The notes under the pieces are model-generated. The model was not told the DNA's origin, did no database searches, and was given only the letters and a program-made list of their open reading frames with translations. A stretch of 64,000 bases of DNA, from sequence record OR413585.1, one strand, 5' to 3'. Positions 1-10,698 of this stretch are shown here, one piece after another. Position numbers and translations under genes: made by a program. The first letter of the stretch is position 1. The number at the start of each line of letters is the position of its first letter.

Positions 1-906
1 ATGGCACTCGAAAACGCTTACAGCGGTAATCCCTTTAATGCACTTGACCTTACTCGCACCAAGGCAGACCTGGAATTAGCCCGTAAACTTAACCAAACTG
101 TCTCACAGTCCGATGAAGTTCATTACGTTGTTGAGACCGCTGATGTAAAACCGTTTCCTTTGCCGATTGTTATCGGCGACGACGTTTATGTATACGCAGC
201 CACGTTTACCACGCTGGATAAGACCAACGAGCTAAAAATACGAAACCCAGTCGAACACGCATTGCGTCTCGACCAGGCTCGCTGGGAATTGGTGTGGAAA
301 CGGAGTAATGGTAAGCTTGCTGCACTGATGGCACAGATGCCCTACCACCATGAGATTTTCAGCAAATGGGTGTCGGATGCGATTACCCACACGTTTGCAC
401 TTGCTCCATATCAAAGTGGGCAAATCAAAGCGTTGGCTGCACTGTTCTCTGTGGGACAGTTCTATAATCACGTCGAAGATGATGTGAAAGCTTTACGTTT
501 GCAGCAGATGCTGGAGCAACAATTAGGCTTACCTGCGGAACTGTTTGAATCAGTGACAGGCCACACAGAATATCTTTTCCCGCGTAATATCGCAGAATTC
601 GTCGAAATGGTGCAGGCTGCAGATATCACTCCGCGGGTGCGTGACCTGAGCATTCTGTCTCTGCAGCAGATGTTGAATACCAGCTTCTTCGGGGTGAGCT
701 ATGAAAAACAACTCGCTACTAGCGCCATCGAATATCCGCCTAGTCTCTTCGTTATGATTAAGGCTTGTCTGGATAATAACATGTTTAACCGCAGTCGGTT
801 AGGTGGGATTGTGAAGAAGTCAGACACCGCTAAGAAACGCGATAAGTTTGAATTCACCTACAACCTTCTGATGAATCAAAACACCAAACCACTGAACATC
901 AAGTAA
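1..906 (+). CDS. Probable virion structural protein (301 aa)
   Basis: Intact ORF; first of three genes upstream of the terminase, a position occupied by virion genes in phiKZ/SPN3US-like phages (synteny inference). Confidence 0.5.
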   Translation: MALENAYSGNPFNALDLTRTKADLELARKLNQTVSQSDEVHYVVETADVKPFPLPIVIGDDVYVYAATFTTLDKTNELKIRNPVEHALRLDQARWELVWKRSNGKLAALMAQMPYHHEIFSKWVSDAITHTFALAPYQSGQIKALAALFSVGQFYNHVEDDVKALRLQQMLEQQLGLPAELFESVTGHTEYLFPRNIAEFVEMVQAADITPRVRDLSILSLQQMLNTSFFGVSYEKQLATSAIEYPPSLFVMIKACLDNNMFNRSRLGGIVKKSDTAKKRDKFEFTYNLLMNQNTKPLNIK

Positions 907-916
907 GAGGCCCACT

Positions 917-3430
917 ATGGAGAACTGGCTGGTCGCTCACGCCGTTAAAAATGCGTGGCAGCGTCCGTACCTCGATGGGGTGTTGAACATTGCGCCTTTT
1001 CGATTAACTGAAAAGACCGGAGCGATCGGGTTTTTCAAGCACGGGCGTAATCCGATTCCTTTACCGGGCGAGGGGTGGTGGCACGCGTTTGTAATTGACA
1101 AGCTCCACCTCAACTACGGCAACTTGAGTATCCCTCCTGAGCGCTGGAAGAAACTTACTACGTGTGTAAATAACTTCCATGCGTGGATGCAGGTGTACAA
1201 CGAAGATGGGACAATTATCCCGTCGAACTCTGTGTATTTCTGGCGGACACTCTCTGGTCAGATTTACATGGCGATTCCGCAAACGGAACGCTACAAGTGG
1301 TTAGACGACGCGCCGTGTTATCTACGCATTTATGCTGGTAATGATGGCGGCGAAAACGCTCCTGTTGTTAAACCGACGTTCATCGAACCGTATAATCCGC
1401 CGAACCCACAACAGATCCAGATCGTCTTAGACCGTTATAATCTGTTGAAAGGCCAGAAAATCGGCTATGTCGATTTCTGGGTAAACGGAAAGATGATTGC
1501 TGATCCTAAGCCCGCGGATATCAAAGCATGGGATGATGTTGAAATTCGTGTCGACGGCCGCATTCGTCGTGTAATTGAATACCGTTGTGGGGATTTGCAA
1601 ACGTTCTACTCAACGCTTGACCAAACACGAAAATACCTGCTGCACATTCCAAAAGGGGATGGCATTTGGATTTTCAACAACGACTGTGAAATTCAGTTGT
1701 TGTGGAAAGGCGAAGGGCGTTACTACCACCGCCACCGTCATCAGGCCGTGCGTCAATTGACGTGGAACGATATATCGATTCCGTCGATGCGGATTTCGAA
1801 ATACCGCACCGCTTTCACTAACCCAATGAATGATATCGACGAACTAACGATTCGTTTATTGATACGTGACGATTTCCTTGACCTGAAGCCGTTGTATAAC
1901 TCCACCCACACACATGACCTCTATCGTCTTAGTGACGAGCAGATCATCGGTGCGATGGTGGGGGCAAACTCCAACGTACCAGAGTGGACCGCAGCAGCGC
2001 TCGAGGAATCGGCAGCGAATCGGTTAGCGGCAGCCAAACTCCGGAACATCACACGCGATCTCTGCACTGATGCGTACGGCTACAATGCCGCCGCACGTTA
2101 CAGTGCCGACACTCCACAGCGTCTGGAACTTACATCCGGTGGCTATCGCGGTACTTTGCCCGACTTACTGGCAACGCTGTCAACTGTATACGAGTACGAT
2201 GCCGATGGGTTGCTGTTAGAACATCACCGTAATGCAGGCTACGATGTTTACATCCCTCGCAATCCAGAAGCACGAATCATCGAGGCTATTGCGGGTGAAG
2301 TCTCGGATGCGGTGAAGATCGTTGACAACGCTCCTGACTTTGAAATTGAGCCAGGTTCAAACGTTGGGCTGTGGATTCGAATGGTCATCGGGGAAGTTCC
2401 AACCAACGACTACTACAAAGCCGAGGAAGGAACGGATTATACTCGCGACGGAAATAAAATCACCTGGACCGTAGATCGGACACGACGTCACCCGACAGTG
2501 ATTTACGACGACTTCCATCTGTTCTTCGAAGTGGATGTTAAGGTGTCGGAAGGTCAGATACGTATTCCGATTGTAGCACGCAACCAAGACGGGCAGCAGC
2601 GCACGCTGTGGCTACCGATGGAAACGGTTGAAGTGTGGTTGAACAACCACCCACTGGTGCACGGTATCGATTACCACACCCGCTGGCCGGAAATTGTGGT
2701 GGTTTGTAAAGCGTGGATGGCGGACGGGGATACAAATAAAGTCTCAGTGCGTTGTCGTGGCGTGACCGGTGAACTCCGTATTCCTAAACACGGTTTCGTG
2801 TCAAGCGGACTGCTGTCTAATAACAGCCAGTTTGATTGCCGTGACGACAAAGTGATTCGTGTCGTGGGTGGCGGTTCACTGCTATTGCGTGACGAAGTCG
2901 TGTTCCGTGAAGACAACACTGTAGGTGTTGACATCGTGCAAGACGGGTTCCCATACTCGGTCGACGATCCGACTATTCCGTTGCGGACGCTGGTAAGCGG
3001 CGATACGTACGACTTGCGCGACACTGCCCGTGATTTGGACACACGCGTCGAGGCTTACCTGTCTAACTGGTTCCCGACACCTCCGCCGGTTAACCCGGTA
3101 CCGTTGCCGTATCTGTATCACCTCTATTCGCCAACCCTGAACAAAATCTTGTGGGACTACTTGCAAGGTATTCTGATTCTGCGGGAAGACGATCCGGAGT
3201 ATCGTATCTCGACGTCACAGCTGGATGACATCATGGAGCGTTATAAAGACCTCCTGCCGTTTGACCCGGCCTATATCGGTTACGATAAAGCGTTTGTGAA
3301 ACTGCATCCGCATGTGAAGTACGAAACGGTAGAAATCAACGAACTTGGCTTTGCCTTCTTAGACCGCGTCAATGAACGTTATCTGAATGGCGAAGTGCAG
3401 CTTAATCAGTATCTGATAATCAAGGGTTAA
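917..3430 (+). CDS. Probable virion structural protein (837 aa)
   Basis: Long ORF with AGAGG RBS; size and position match the virion gene two upstream of the terminase in phiKZ-like phages. Confidence 0.55.
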   Translation: MENWLVAHAVKNAWQRPYLDGVLNIAPFRLTEKTGAIGFFKHGRNPIPLPGEGWWHAFVIDKLHLNYGNLSIPPERWKKLTTCVNNFHAWMQVYNEDGTIIPSNSVYFWRTLSGQIYMAIPQTERYKWLDDAPCYLRIYAGNDGGENAPVVKPTFIEPYNPPNPQQIQIVLDRYNLLKGQKIGYVDFWVNGKMIADPKPADIKAWDDVEIRVDGRIRRVIEYRCGDLQTFYSTLDQTRKYLLHIPKGDGIWIFNNDCEIQLLWKGEGRYYHRHRHQAVRQLTWNDISIPSMRISKYRTAFTNPMNDIDELTIRLLIRDDFLDLKPLYNSTHTHDLYRLSDEQIIGAMVGANSNVPEWTAAALEESAANRLAAAKLRNITRDLCTDAYGYNAAARYSADTPQRLELTSGGYRGTLPDLLATLSTVYEYDADGLLLEHHRNAGYDVYIPRNPEARIIEAIAGEVSDAVKIVDNAPDFEIEPGSNVGLWIRMVIGEVPTNDYYKAEEGTDYTRDGNKITWTVDRTRRHPTVIYDDFHLFFEVDVKVSEGQIRIPIVARNQDGQQRTLWLPMETVEVWLNNHPLVHGIDYHTRWPEIVVVCKAWMADGDTNKVSVRCRGVTGELRIPKHGFVSSGLLSNNSQFDCRDDKVIRVVGGGSLLLRDEVVFREDNTVGVDIVQDGFPYSVDDPTIPLRTLVSGDTYDLRDTARDLDTRVEAYLSNWFPTPPPVNPVPLPYLYHLYSPTLNKILWDYLQGILILREDDPEYRISTSQLDDIMERYKDLLPFDPAYIGYDKAFVKLHPHVKYETVEINELGFAFLDRVNERYLNGEVQLNQYLIIKG

Positions 3431-3432
3431 TC

Positions 3433-5076
3433 ATGGCGAAGATTGCGTCCAAATTAATCGACAAGGATCGCGGGTTCGAAGTCTGGGACCCGAGTGAATT
3501 GTACGAACCAAACAAACCAACAGGTTACGTACCTAACCCACGTGACCTTATCGTGAACGACATGACCTCCGGCTTTGACCGCGTGGTTAGCGTAAACTAT
3601 TCGGTACCGTCGTGGGAAACAGAACCGTTCGGTGGCGTTGGTGTAGCAAACCAAGACGGGCGTCTTAATGGTCACTACCCACTACGCTCTGACAGATATC
3701 GCGTCTACGTGGACAGCACCAAACTTCCACCGACGATGGTTATCGATGATGCCGTCACTTTCAACGGTCCCGATATCGACGGTGTGCGTATCCTGCGTGG
3801 GTCATCTGTAAACGATGATGCGGAAATCCTGTCTGGTTATTACAAAGACGGGGTTCTGAAAAAGAACTATCTGCCGGTGCAGACTATCAGTGCGGCTGAC
3901 GCAGAAACTGTGGTGAAACAAGCGATTCCTGGGAGCTGTCTGGCTGAAGTCAGTAACGGTGAAGAGTGTACTTTCCTGGTTTACTCTGACACCGGTAACG
4001 TTGTTCAGATCGCCCACGGTCACATCATCAAGACCAATCTGGTGATGGCGCAAGAGACTCCGTCTCGCACTGTGCTAGGTATTAAACTGGTTTCACCGTT
4101 CCTGGTAGACGACAATGGTACTACGCTGACGCTGCCGATTAACATCCCGCTGGAATCTATTCCGCTGTGGTGTGACATCCAGTACAGCGACGGAACCAAA
4201 CGCCTACCTATCGATGGTTCGCGTGTGAAGTTTAACGGTCTGCGTAACTCTGGTGCACATGACACGTTTTACATCGCTTCAAACGCCGGTAATGAGTTAC
4301 CTTGCCAGTTAAGTTATCAGTTGGCTCGCGGTGAAACCTACGGTGGTACTGACATTGTTAAAGATACAATTGTCAAAGACTACACCGCTGTAACCGAAAC
4401 AGTCGATGGTGCTTATTCCATGAAGCTGTTTGTGGTTCCGCGTTGGTTGGATGCGAACCGTGGTTATCGTCTGTCGTTCCTGCTGTACAACCTGACACGC
4501 GGCCAAGTCTACGACGCGACCGCAAACATCCAGTACACCACAGGGACTACATTCGACCCACTGTTGATGGGTGTGAAACAGCGTCTGAATGTGCAGGTGG
4601 ATATCAGCAAAGTAAATCCACAATTCCGCGCATTCATCCAGGCGCAGTCTTTCGCCATCACGTTAGTGAACCCAGGTAACGAGTTGAATACCAACTTCCT
4701 TATCGAATACCTGCCTGATGGGCTGGTCTACGGTAATGAAATTTGGGCGGAGTTCAAATACTCTAACGTCAACTACTCCACGCTGAACCTTCGTTGTGGT
4801 TGTGCCTCTAAAGCCGAGTGGCTTAAAGCGTTGTACGAGCCGATTTATCCGCTCTACGATCGTCGTAATGAATCTGAGGCTCCCGAGCCTACACACTTTG
4901 AGGTGCATGTCGGTGGTAAGGTTTACACCCACAGCATCGATGAGTGGTTAAATGAGCAAACGGTAGATTATCGTATCGCTCTGGACGATTCGTTAGTTAT
5001 TCGCTGGATTCGTCGCACTCCTACGGATACGCTTAACCTCGCGGCTACGCCAATGCTGGCGCACCACATCGAGTAA
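3433..5076 (+). CDS. Probable virion structural protein (547 aa)
   Basis: Long ORF 2 nt after the previous stop; sequence looks beta-rich; immediately upstream of the terminase. Confidence 0.55.
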   Translation: MAKIASKLIDKDRGFEVWDPSELYEPNKPTGYVPNPRDLIVNDMTSGFDRVVSVNYSVPSWETEPFGGVGVANQDGRLNGHYPLRSDRYRVYVDSTKLPPTMVIDDAVTFNGPDIDGVRILRGSSVNDDAEILSGYYKDGVLKKNYLPVQTISAADAETVVKQAIPGSCLAEVSNGEECTFLVYSDTGNVVQIAHGHIIKTNLVMAQETPSRTVLGIKLVSPFLVDDNGTTLTLPINIPLESIPLWCDIQYSDGTKRLPIDGSRVKFNGLRNSGAHDTFYIASNAGNELPCQLSYQLARGETYGGTDIVKDTIVKDYTAVTETVDGAYSMKLFVVPRWLDANRGYRLSFLLYNLTRGQVYDATANIQYTTGTTFDPLLMGVKQRLNVQVDISKVNPQFRAFIQAQSFAITLVNPGNELNTNFLIEYLPDGLVYGNEIWAEFKYSNVNYSTLNLRCGCASKAEWLKALYEPIYPLYDRRNESEAPEPTHFEVHVGGKVYTHSIDEWLNEQTVDYRIALDDSLVIRWIRRTPTDTLNLAATPMLAHHIE

Positions 5077-5084
5077 CAAACCTT

Positions 5085-5108
5085 CCTCCACCCCTTCGGG
5101 GGTGGAGG
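5085..5108 (+). promoter_or_regulatory. UUCG hairpin without U-tract, directly before the terminase RBS
   Basis: CCTCCACCCC-TTCG-GGGGTGGAGG (10-bp stem) followed by TATGGAGATTGTATG. Confidence 0.55.
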
Positions 5109-5120
5109 TATGGAGATTGT

Positions 5121-7232
5121 ATGATACTGCGAAAAAACGATTGGCGACACTATCCGGGGGCGATTGTTGACGATGTCACACCAAACGTGCACTTCCTTCA
5201 ATTCGCCACAACACTACAAGGATTAGGTGTCCAGCATTGGTACGTCCACCTGGCATTACACAATCCCGAACTCCGTGGTGTTGATCCGTTTAGCCCAGAT
5301 TTAACACTCGAACAAAAAGCGATGATTGTTACGGAGTGTGCGGAAAACCCATGGTACTTCTTCCGTGAGTGTGTCCGGGTCCCTGCGGATGGTGTAAAGA
5401 ACGGGATGCCGTTTCGTCTAGACCGCGGTAACTTTTCGATGTATTGGATTTTCTTCAACAACATCGACGCCGCTATCGAGTTTCTCCGTCAGCATGGTAA
5501 GACTGTCGGGATGTCCGCATTGCTATTGTGGCTGATGCGCTTCCTGGAGAACTCACGTACGATTCTTATCACGAAGGGTCCTGCCCTTCGTGAAGAAACT
5601 ATCAACAAAATGAAACAACTGCGTAACGCGTTACCGGATTATCTCTGGCCTCATCACCCGGACGATCCTGATAACCGTGAGACATTTGCATGTCTAGCGC
5701 AGGGTAACAAACTTATCACCGGCATCGGTCAAAACGATAAGGAAGCTGCGAACGGGGTAGGCCGTGGACTCACAGCCGGACGCCTGTTCTCGGATGAAGG
5801 ACCGTTTACCAACAACATCCACCATATCCTCCCTGCTGCACTAGCATCGGGTACCGCGGCGCGTCGTATTAACGAAGCCGAAGGTGTTCCATACGGCAAC
5901 GTCTTCGCAACAACGCCTGGGGATTTGGCGACAGAAGAAGGCGAGTACATGTACAGCCTGATGACGTCGGGGATTTCGTGGGATGAACGGTATATCGACA
6001 TTCCGACTCGTGCACAACTGATTGACATGATTCGCAAAGGCTCTACTGCGAAGATTCCACGTATCATGTTCTACGTGAAATACAACCACCGCCAACTCGG
6101 TACCACGGACGAAGAACTCGCAGATATGATTGCGAACGCCCCAGGTACACCAGACCAAATCCGCCGTGACTTCGGTGGTGAATGGACAACCGGTGGTTAC
6201 AACAAACCGTTCTCAGGCGATGATGCAAGACGTATGAACGCCTCGCGTATTCGGGCAGCACAGAAAATTATCTCTGCTTCCAACTACGTAACGGATTGGT
6301 ATTACACTGAAGAGCAGATGCTGGTTAAAATGCAAGACCGCCACATCATCGGTTTGGATACTTCCGAAGCCGTGGGGCGGGACGCCATTGCCATGTCAAT
6401 CGTCAACTCTGTCACTGCCGAATATGCCGGCAAGCTCACCGTGAACGAAACAAACGTCATCGGGTTTGCGATTCACTTAGCAGACTTCATGATCGAATAT
6501 CCGAACACGGTACTCATTCTGGAACGACGGTCTACCGGCTCCTCGGTAGCAGATGCCATTATACTGCAGCTGCAATCTAAGGTTCGCGATTTGCATCGTC
6601 GTTTGTACGTGAAAGTGACCCAGGATTACTCAAGGAACGATGAACTTTACAAAGAGTTCCATCGTGGCCCTGTGGGCAGTCCAGAGCGCTTCTGGGACAA
6701 ATTCCGTAAATACATCGGTTTCTCAACCGACCAGGATAAACGCCGTAAGTTGTATGGTGAAGTATTTACCACGGCGTTGCGTCTTTCTGCGGACTTACTG
6801 CGGTCAGGCGAATTGATCGACCAAATCCTCGGTCTCGTCGAACGAAACGGGCGCATAGACCACCGTGCATCCGGTCACGATGACCTGGTAATATCCTGGC
6901 TTCTGGCAATGTGGTTACTTCTGTTCGGCAACAACTTAGGCCACTACGGTATAAGTAACAGCCGACTGATGATGCGCAACCGCAATATGCTCGGGGGCAT
7001 GGCAGGTGAATTCGATGAAGAGGCTGCAGTCGAGGAAGAAGAAAAGCAACAACAACTGATGGGGCAAATTGAAACGATGATTAGGCAGAGTCAAGTTGTA
7101 GCCGATCCGGTACAACAGCTCATGTACAAGAATCGTATTCAAGCGCTCGTCTCTCAACTCAACACTGACGTTCGTAACGTCGCATCGATGGAAAGCTTGA
7201 AAGAGCTAATCCAACGACAGAGGATGAAGTGA
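5121..7232 (+). CDS. terL: Terminase large subunit
   Basis: ECAENPWYFFRE N-terminal motif, Walker A-like LRQHGKT, Walker B LFSDEG, RNase H-like nuclease motifs IIGLDTS and HDDLVIS. Confidence 0.9.
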   Translation: MILRKNDWRHYPGAIVDDVTPNVHFLQFATTLQGLGVQHWYVHLALHNPELRGVDPFSPDLTLEQKAMIVTECAENPWYFFRECVRVPADGVKNGMPFRLDRGNFSMYWIFFNNIDAAIEFLRQHGKTVGMSALLLWLMRFLENSRTILITKGPALREETINKMKQLRNALPDYLWPHHPDDPDNRETFACLAQGNKLITGIGQNDKEAANGVGRGLTAGRLFSDEGPFTNNIHHILPAALASGTAARRINEAEGVPYGNVFATTPGDLATEEGEYMYSLMTSGISWDERYIDIPTRAQLIDMIRKGSTAKIPRIMFYVKYNHRQLGTTDEELADMIANAPGTPDQIRRDFGGEWTTGGYNKPFSGDDARRMNASRIRAAQKIISASNYVTDWYYTEEQMLVKMQDRHIIGLDTSEAVGRDAIAMSIVNSVTAEYAGKLTVNETNVIGFAIHLADFMIEYPNTVLILERRSTGSSVADAIILQLQSKVRDLHRRLYVKVTQDYSRNDELYKEFHRGPVGSPERFWDKFRKYIGFSTDQDKRRKLYGEVFTTALRLSADLLRSGELIDQILGLVERNGRIDHRASGHDDLVISWLLAMWLLLFGNNLGHYGISNSRLMMRNRNMLGGMAGEFDEEAAVEEEEKQQQLMGQIETMIRQSQVVADPVQQLMYKNRIQALVSQLNTDVRNVASMESLKELIQRQRMK

Positions 7233-7471
7233 TGACTCAACTCTACTACGCAATCGTGCTGGTAATGTGGATTTGCCTATACTTTGGCTTACGCCACACC
7301 ATCGAAGTAATACGCATACACGCACAAAGCCACGATGTCTGCACACGCACAATGCGGCTCGGACAGATTATCTGTAGCTTTGGCGTATTGCTTATCGGTG
7401 GGCTATCGACCGCGGGGCTACACGTTGTGTATACCCTACATCAAGTTGCCGTATCGGGAGCACTCGCCTGA
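7229..7471 (+). CDS. Small membrane protein with two hydrophobic segments
   Basis: 80-aa ORF overlapping the terminase stop (GTGA); hydrophobic stretches YYAIVLVMWICLYFGL and IICSFGVLLIGGLSTAGL. Confidence 0.55.
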   Translation: MMTQLYYAIVLVMWICLYFGLRHTIEVIRIHAQSHDVCTRTMRLGQIICSFGVLLIGGLSTAGLHVVYTLHQVAVSGALA

Positions 7472-7501
7472 ATCAACTTTAACTCGAAAAAATACGACGT
7501 A

Positions 7502-7540
7502 GCCACCTCTCCGAAACTGGAGAGGTGGCATTTTATTTTA
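7502..7540. terminator. Bidirectional intrinsic terminator
   Basis: GCCACCTCTCC-GAAACT-GGAGAGGTGGC between convergent genes, with an A-rich left flank and T-rich right flank. Confidence 0.75.
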
Positions 7541-8914
7541 TTTCTGCAAAGAGCGGATCAAGAAGTACAACAGTAACGCATTACGTAAGGCAGCCAGAGC
7601 GGCTTCATGGCGGATGTGTGTTTCCCGTGCGGCCAGTTTCTCAATCCGTTCACGTAACGATAACACGTATGGGTTAGGGGACTTCGAAGCCTGGTACAAC
7701 GAACGCATACGCAGTAGAACCGTACTCGCATCGTTAAAGTTCAGACGAGAGGTAACAATTTCATCGAACGCGTGCGATAGCGTGTCCTCCATGATAGCGT
7801 TAATCTCATCACGCTTTTTGCCAAGCGGTAGACTTGCAATATACGCCAGCAAAGTTTTCAGTGCCGCGGGAGATGCTTTGGGTACTAGCTCCAACACCAC
7901 TTTTGCCAATTGCTCTTTGTAGAGATTGTTGATGTCGTAAGACGCATCGAACAAATTCTGCTTAGCGATATCCAGCGCACCCACTTTGTCACGGATAATC
8001 GATTCACCGTCTAACTCAATTCGGGTTGACTGCGTAATTACACGGCTGTTATCACGACGCACTTTGTCCAATACCGCGTAATAGTCCTTCACAGTTTGTT
8101 TGGTACGGGTGTTCAGGTCGGTGATAAAACGCAATACCAGGTCTGGCGTATCGAAGCGTTTAACCGCATCGTAGTTTGGGTACTCTGGGGAACAGAAGTA
8201 TTCTGAACGCTCCTGCATGTGCAAGCCCCAGTTACCTAAACGTCGAATATCGAACTTTAACGACAGCATTGAATACGCAGCGTCGGCGGCGGCCATGTCG
8301 ACCGGCTTGGGGAAGAAGTGGTAATATATACTGGAGTAGAATTTGAATTGCAGAAGCGTTACTAACGATACAGCCGCGGCGTGGATTTCACGATCGGCGA
8401 ATTTCGACATCATTCGATGTAGAGTATACACCGTAGAGAGGTTATACGGATCACCCGCCACTGCCCAGTCGGTGTTAATCGTGCCCGATTCTTTAATCAT
8501 CTCGAACAGATAGTCTTCGTCGACTTTCAAGACATCTTCAAAAAAGCGGTTACGGTCAGAATCGTAGAAACGAATGGTGTGGACGCCTAATAGATTAGAC
8601 CCTAGCCACTCCACATTGCCTTCACGTTTAAGGATGTTGTCTACGTGAAGCTGAATTTGCTTTGCAAAACGACGATCGATGACGACATGTTTAAAACATT
8701 CGTCAAACACTTTACGTAATCGGTCATTCTTCATGGCTTCTGCAGCAACCACCAAACCCATCGGGACGTAGCCGCCAAAACCATAGTCGTAATACAAGCC
8801 CGTAGAATACGTGTCATCGTCGAAGAATGGGTCACGTCCGAATGATTCGACGGCAACCTTCACTCCGGTATCGCGATAACAACCGGTACTGAAATCATAA
8901 ACCAGTTCAGACAT
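7538..8914 (-). CDS. Probable head protein with N-terminal propeptide (458 aa)
   Basis: Long minus-strand ORF; N-terminus carries A-V-E and A-A-E, matching the A-X-E prohead protease sites of SPN3US-type phages. Confidence 0.5.
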   Translation of the reverse strand: MSELVYDFSTGCYRDTGVKVAVESFGRDPFFDDDTYSTGLYYDYGFGGYVPMGLVVAAEAMKNDRLRKVFDECFKHVVIDRRFAKQIQLHVDNILKREGNVEWLGSNLLGVHTIRFYDSDRNRFFEDVLKVDEDYLFEMIKESGTINTDWAVAGDPYNLSTVYTLHRMMSKFADREIHAAAVSLVTLLQFKFYSSIYYHFFPKPVDMAAADAAYSMLSLKFDIRRLGNWGLHMQERSEYFCSPEYPNYDAVKRFDTPDLVLRFITDLNTRTKQTVKDYYAVLDKVRRDNSRVITQSTRIELDGESIIRDKVGALDIAKQNLFDASYDINNLYKEQLAKVVLELVPKASPAALKTLLAYIASLPLGKKRDEINAIMEDTLSHAFDEIVTSRLNFNDASTVLLRMRSLYQASKSPNPYVLSLRERIEKLAARETHIRHEAALAALRNALLLYFLIRSLQK

Positions 8915-8929
8915 GGCACTAAACCTCTA

Positions 8930-8938
8930 AAAATTTAC
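8930..8938 (+). promoter_or_regulatory. Candidate middle-type promoter motif AAAATTTAC
   Basis: Same 9-mer at 8930, 12363 and 35120, each ending 44-54 nt upstream of a start codon; fits the phiKZ middle-promoter consensus AAanntTAC. Confidence 0.5.
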
Positions 8939-8986
8939 GGATATATGTTATCATACTGAGAGTATACCTGAAGGAGATTTTACCCA

Positions 8987-10120
8987 ATGATGAACTATGA
9001 ACGTAAGCACGCGTGGCAAGAAAAGCTGCGCACTGGGCAGATACATTCTGCTCAACAAGTGAAGATGTGGGTGTTGCCACACGGCGTCATCTGCGAAATG
9101 GTCCAGGTCGGAGGATTACCTATTCTTCGAAATGGCAAATACGATTCGATGAACACGGTACTCGCGCGCTTGCTAGCTGATGCAGGTATAATGGGTACCG
9201 TGATTTTATATTCAACCGCAACGATTCCTCAGAACCTTTCTCGCTGGTTAACACATTGGCTTTCCAATGACCCTAGCGAGGACGATCCGTGGCTACGTTC
9301 GATGACAGTGACAACAATGGGTCAACGGCCGACGAAACCCCTCCCATTCCAGGTCAATGTAATTGAACCAGCTATTCTGGAAGCGGGTGAAGTGTTTGAA
9401 GCAATCAAACATCGATCTCGCGATGTTAGCATCAGTCAGTTTCTTATCGAAGCGAATGATGTGACTTACCGGCTAGAGCCTGTACGACGTATGGACGCTC
9501 GTATCGTCGACTGCACAGAGTTCGGTTATGTCTTGCGTACACAGGGCAACCATACCTTCCTGGCATCGATGCTTTCTCGCCGCGTGCAGGGACAATTAGC
9601 ACACTACAAAGTGTCCCCTGCTGACCTCGTCGGTACCGACGTTAAGGTCGAATACACAATGTTTACCGAAGGGAATCGACTGTGTAATTTTAAGTCTCCG
9701 GTAGTCTATCGGAGTAAGGCACTTGATGCCTTAGGCGACCAGAATGTCCCGACATACGATGGCCCCTATCCGTTTAAATCGCAAGCATCTGCAAACCGTG
9801 CGCTCCTTACGGTAACTCGGTGTAAACGCGCAGCGATCACACGGACCGACGGGGAAATTTATGGTAAGGACACTGAGTCTGACGCAAAACTCTTTTCGTT
9901 CCGGCGTGGTGTGAAACCTGGATTGTATGCCGCGACGTTTGAAAAGGGGGATGACGTCGAGTTCTGGCAGTTCGACAGCGATTTTGCAGTAGATGCGATT
10001 GACCCAGATGCGTTAGTGAGTGTCATCACAGACCAAATCTTTTACGCGACGGGTATGAGCCTGCTGGAAATCTTTTTAATGTACGATGCCAGAGTACCTT
10101 CACAGTCAGTCAAAACGTAA
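8987..10120 (+). CDS. Hypothetical protein (377 aa)
   Basis: ORF with AAGGAG RBS; no motif recognised. Confidence 0.75.
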   Translation: MMNYERKHAWQEKLRTGQIHSAQQVKMWVLPHGVICEMVQVGGLPILRNGKYDSMNTVLARLLADAGIMGTVILYSTATIPQNLSRWLTHWLSNDPSEDDPWLRSMTVTTMGQRPTKPLPFQVNVIEPAILEAGEVFEAIKHRSRDVSISQFLIEANDVTYRLEPVRRMDARIVDCTEFGYVLRTQGNHTFLASMLSRRVQGQLAHYKVSPADLVGTDVKVEYTMFTEGNRLCNFKSPVVYRSKALDALGDQNVPTYDGPYPFKSQASANRALLTVTRCKRAAITRTDGEIYGKDTESDAKLFSFRRGVKPGLYAATFEKGDDVEFWQFDSDFAVDAIDPDALVSVITDQIFYATGMSLLEIFLMYDARVPSQSVKT

Positions 10121-10130
10121 GGAGCCTCCT

Positions 10131-10640
10131 ATGTTTACTGCGCCAACCGTGCAGGTGGGGCAAGGTCTTAACCTGGTGGTACATGACCAGCGGTTAATCG
10201 ACCTCTGCGACACAAGCATAATTACTGCGATGATGGACCATAACCCTTTAGGTGACTACGGAAATACCAGCGAGATTTTGGCTGTTGCTGCCGTCCTCCG
10301 TCGTATTTACGGTCAAATAACCATCGTAGATCTCTGTAACTTCATTGACAACCACAGAGATTTAACTAAAGGGTTGGTCGCACTTACTCAAGATGGTGTG
10401 TCAAGTTTTGACAGTTCTCTTGGTAATTTCCTAGACATCGGTTCCGGGTTCGACTCCGGGCTAATGTTCATCACTCGTGAACGCTACGTCGCCGTCTGGG
10501 AATTTCTGCAACGCATGGGTGTGCATGTTCCTGCAAAGATCATGCATTACCAAACTTACGACCTGAATATTTTCGGGGAGCCAGGGTTATGGATAAAACC
10601 AGTACACCTTGGCCTTGATGGCTACACCATCAAGTGTTAA
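10131..10640 (+). CDS. Hypothetical protein (169 aa)
   Basis: Start moved from 10086 to the ATG at 10131, which follows AAGGAG; ends just before a terminator. Confidence 0.7.
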   Translation: MFTAPTVQVGQGLNLVVHDQRLIDLCDTSIITAMMDHNPLGDYGNTSEILAVAAVLRRIYGQITIVDLCNFIDNHRDLTKGLVALTQDGVSSFDSSLGNFLDIGSGFDSGLMFITRERYVAVWEFLQRMGVHVPAKIMHYQTYDLNIFGEPGLWIKPVHLGLDGYTIKC

Positions 10641-10647
10641 GTCACTA

Positions 10648-10698
10648 GGCGTACTCTCTTCGGGGAGTACGCCAATCTTATTTTTTTTTTATTTTTTT
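10648..10698 (+). terminator. Intrinsic terminator
   Basis: GGCGTACTCTC-TTCG-GGGAGTACGCC followed by a long T run. Confidence 0.85.
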
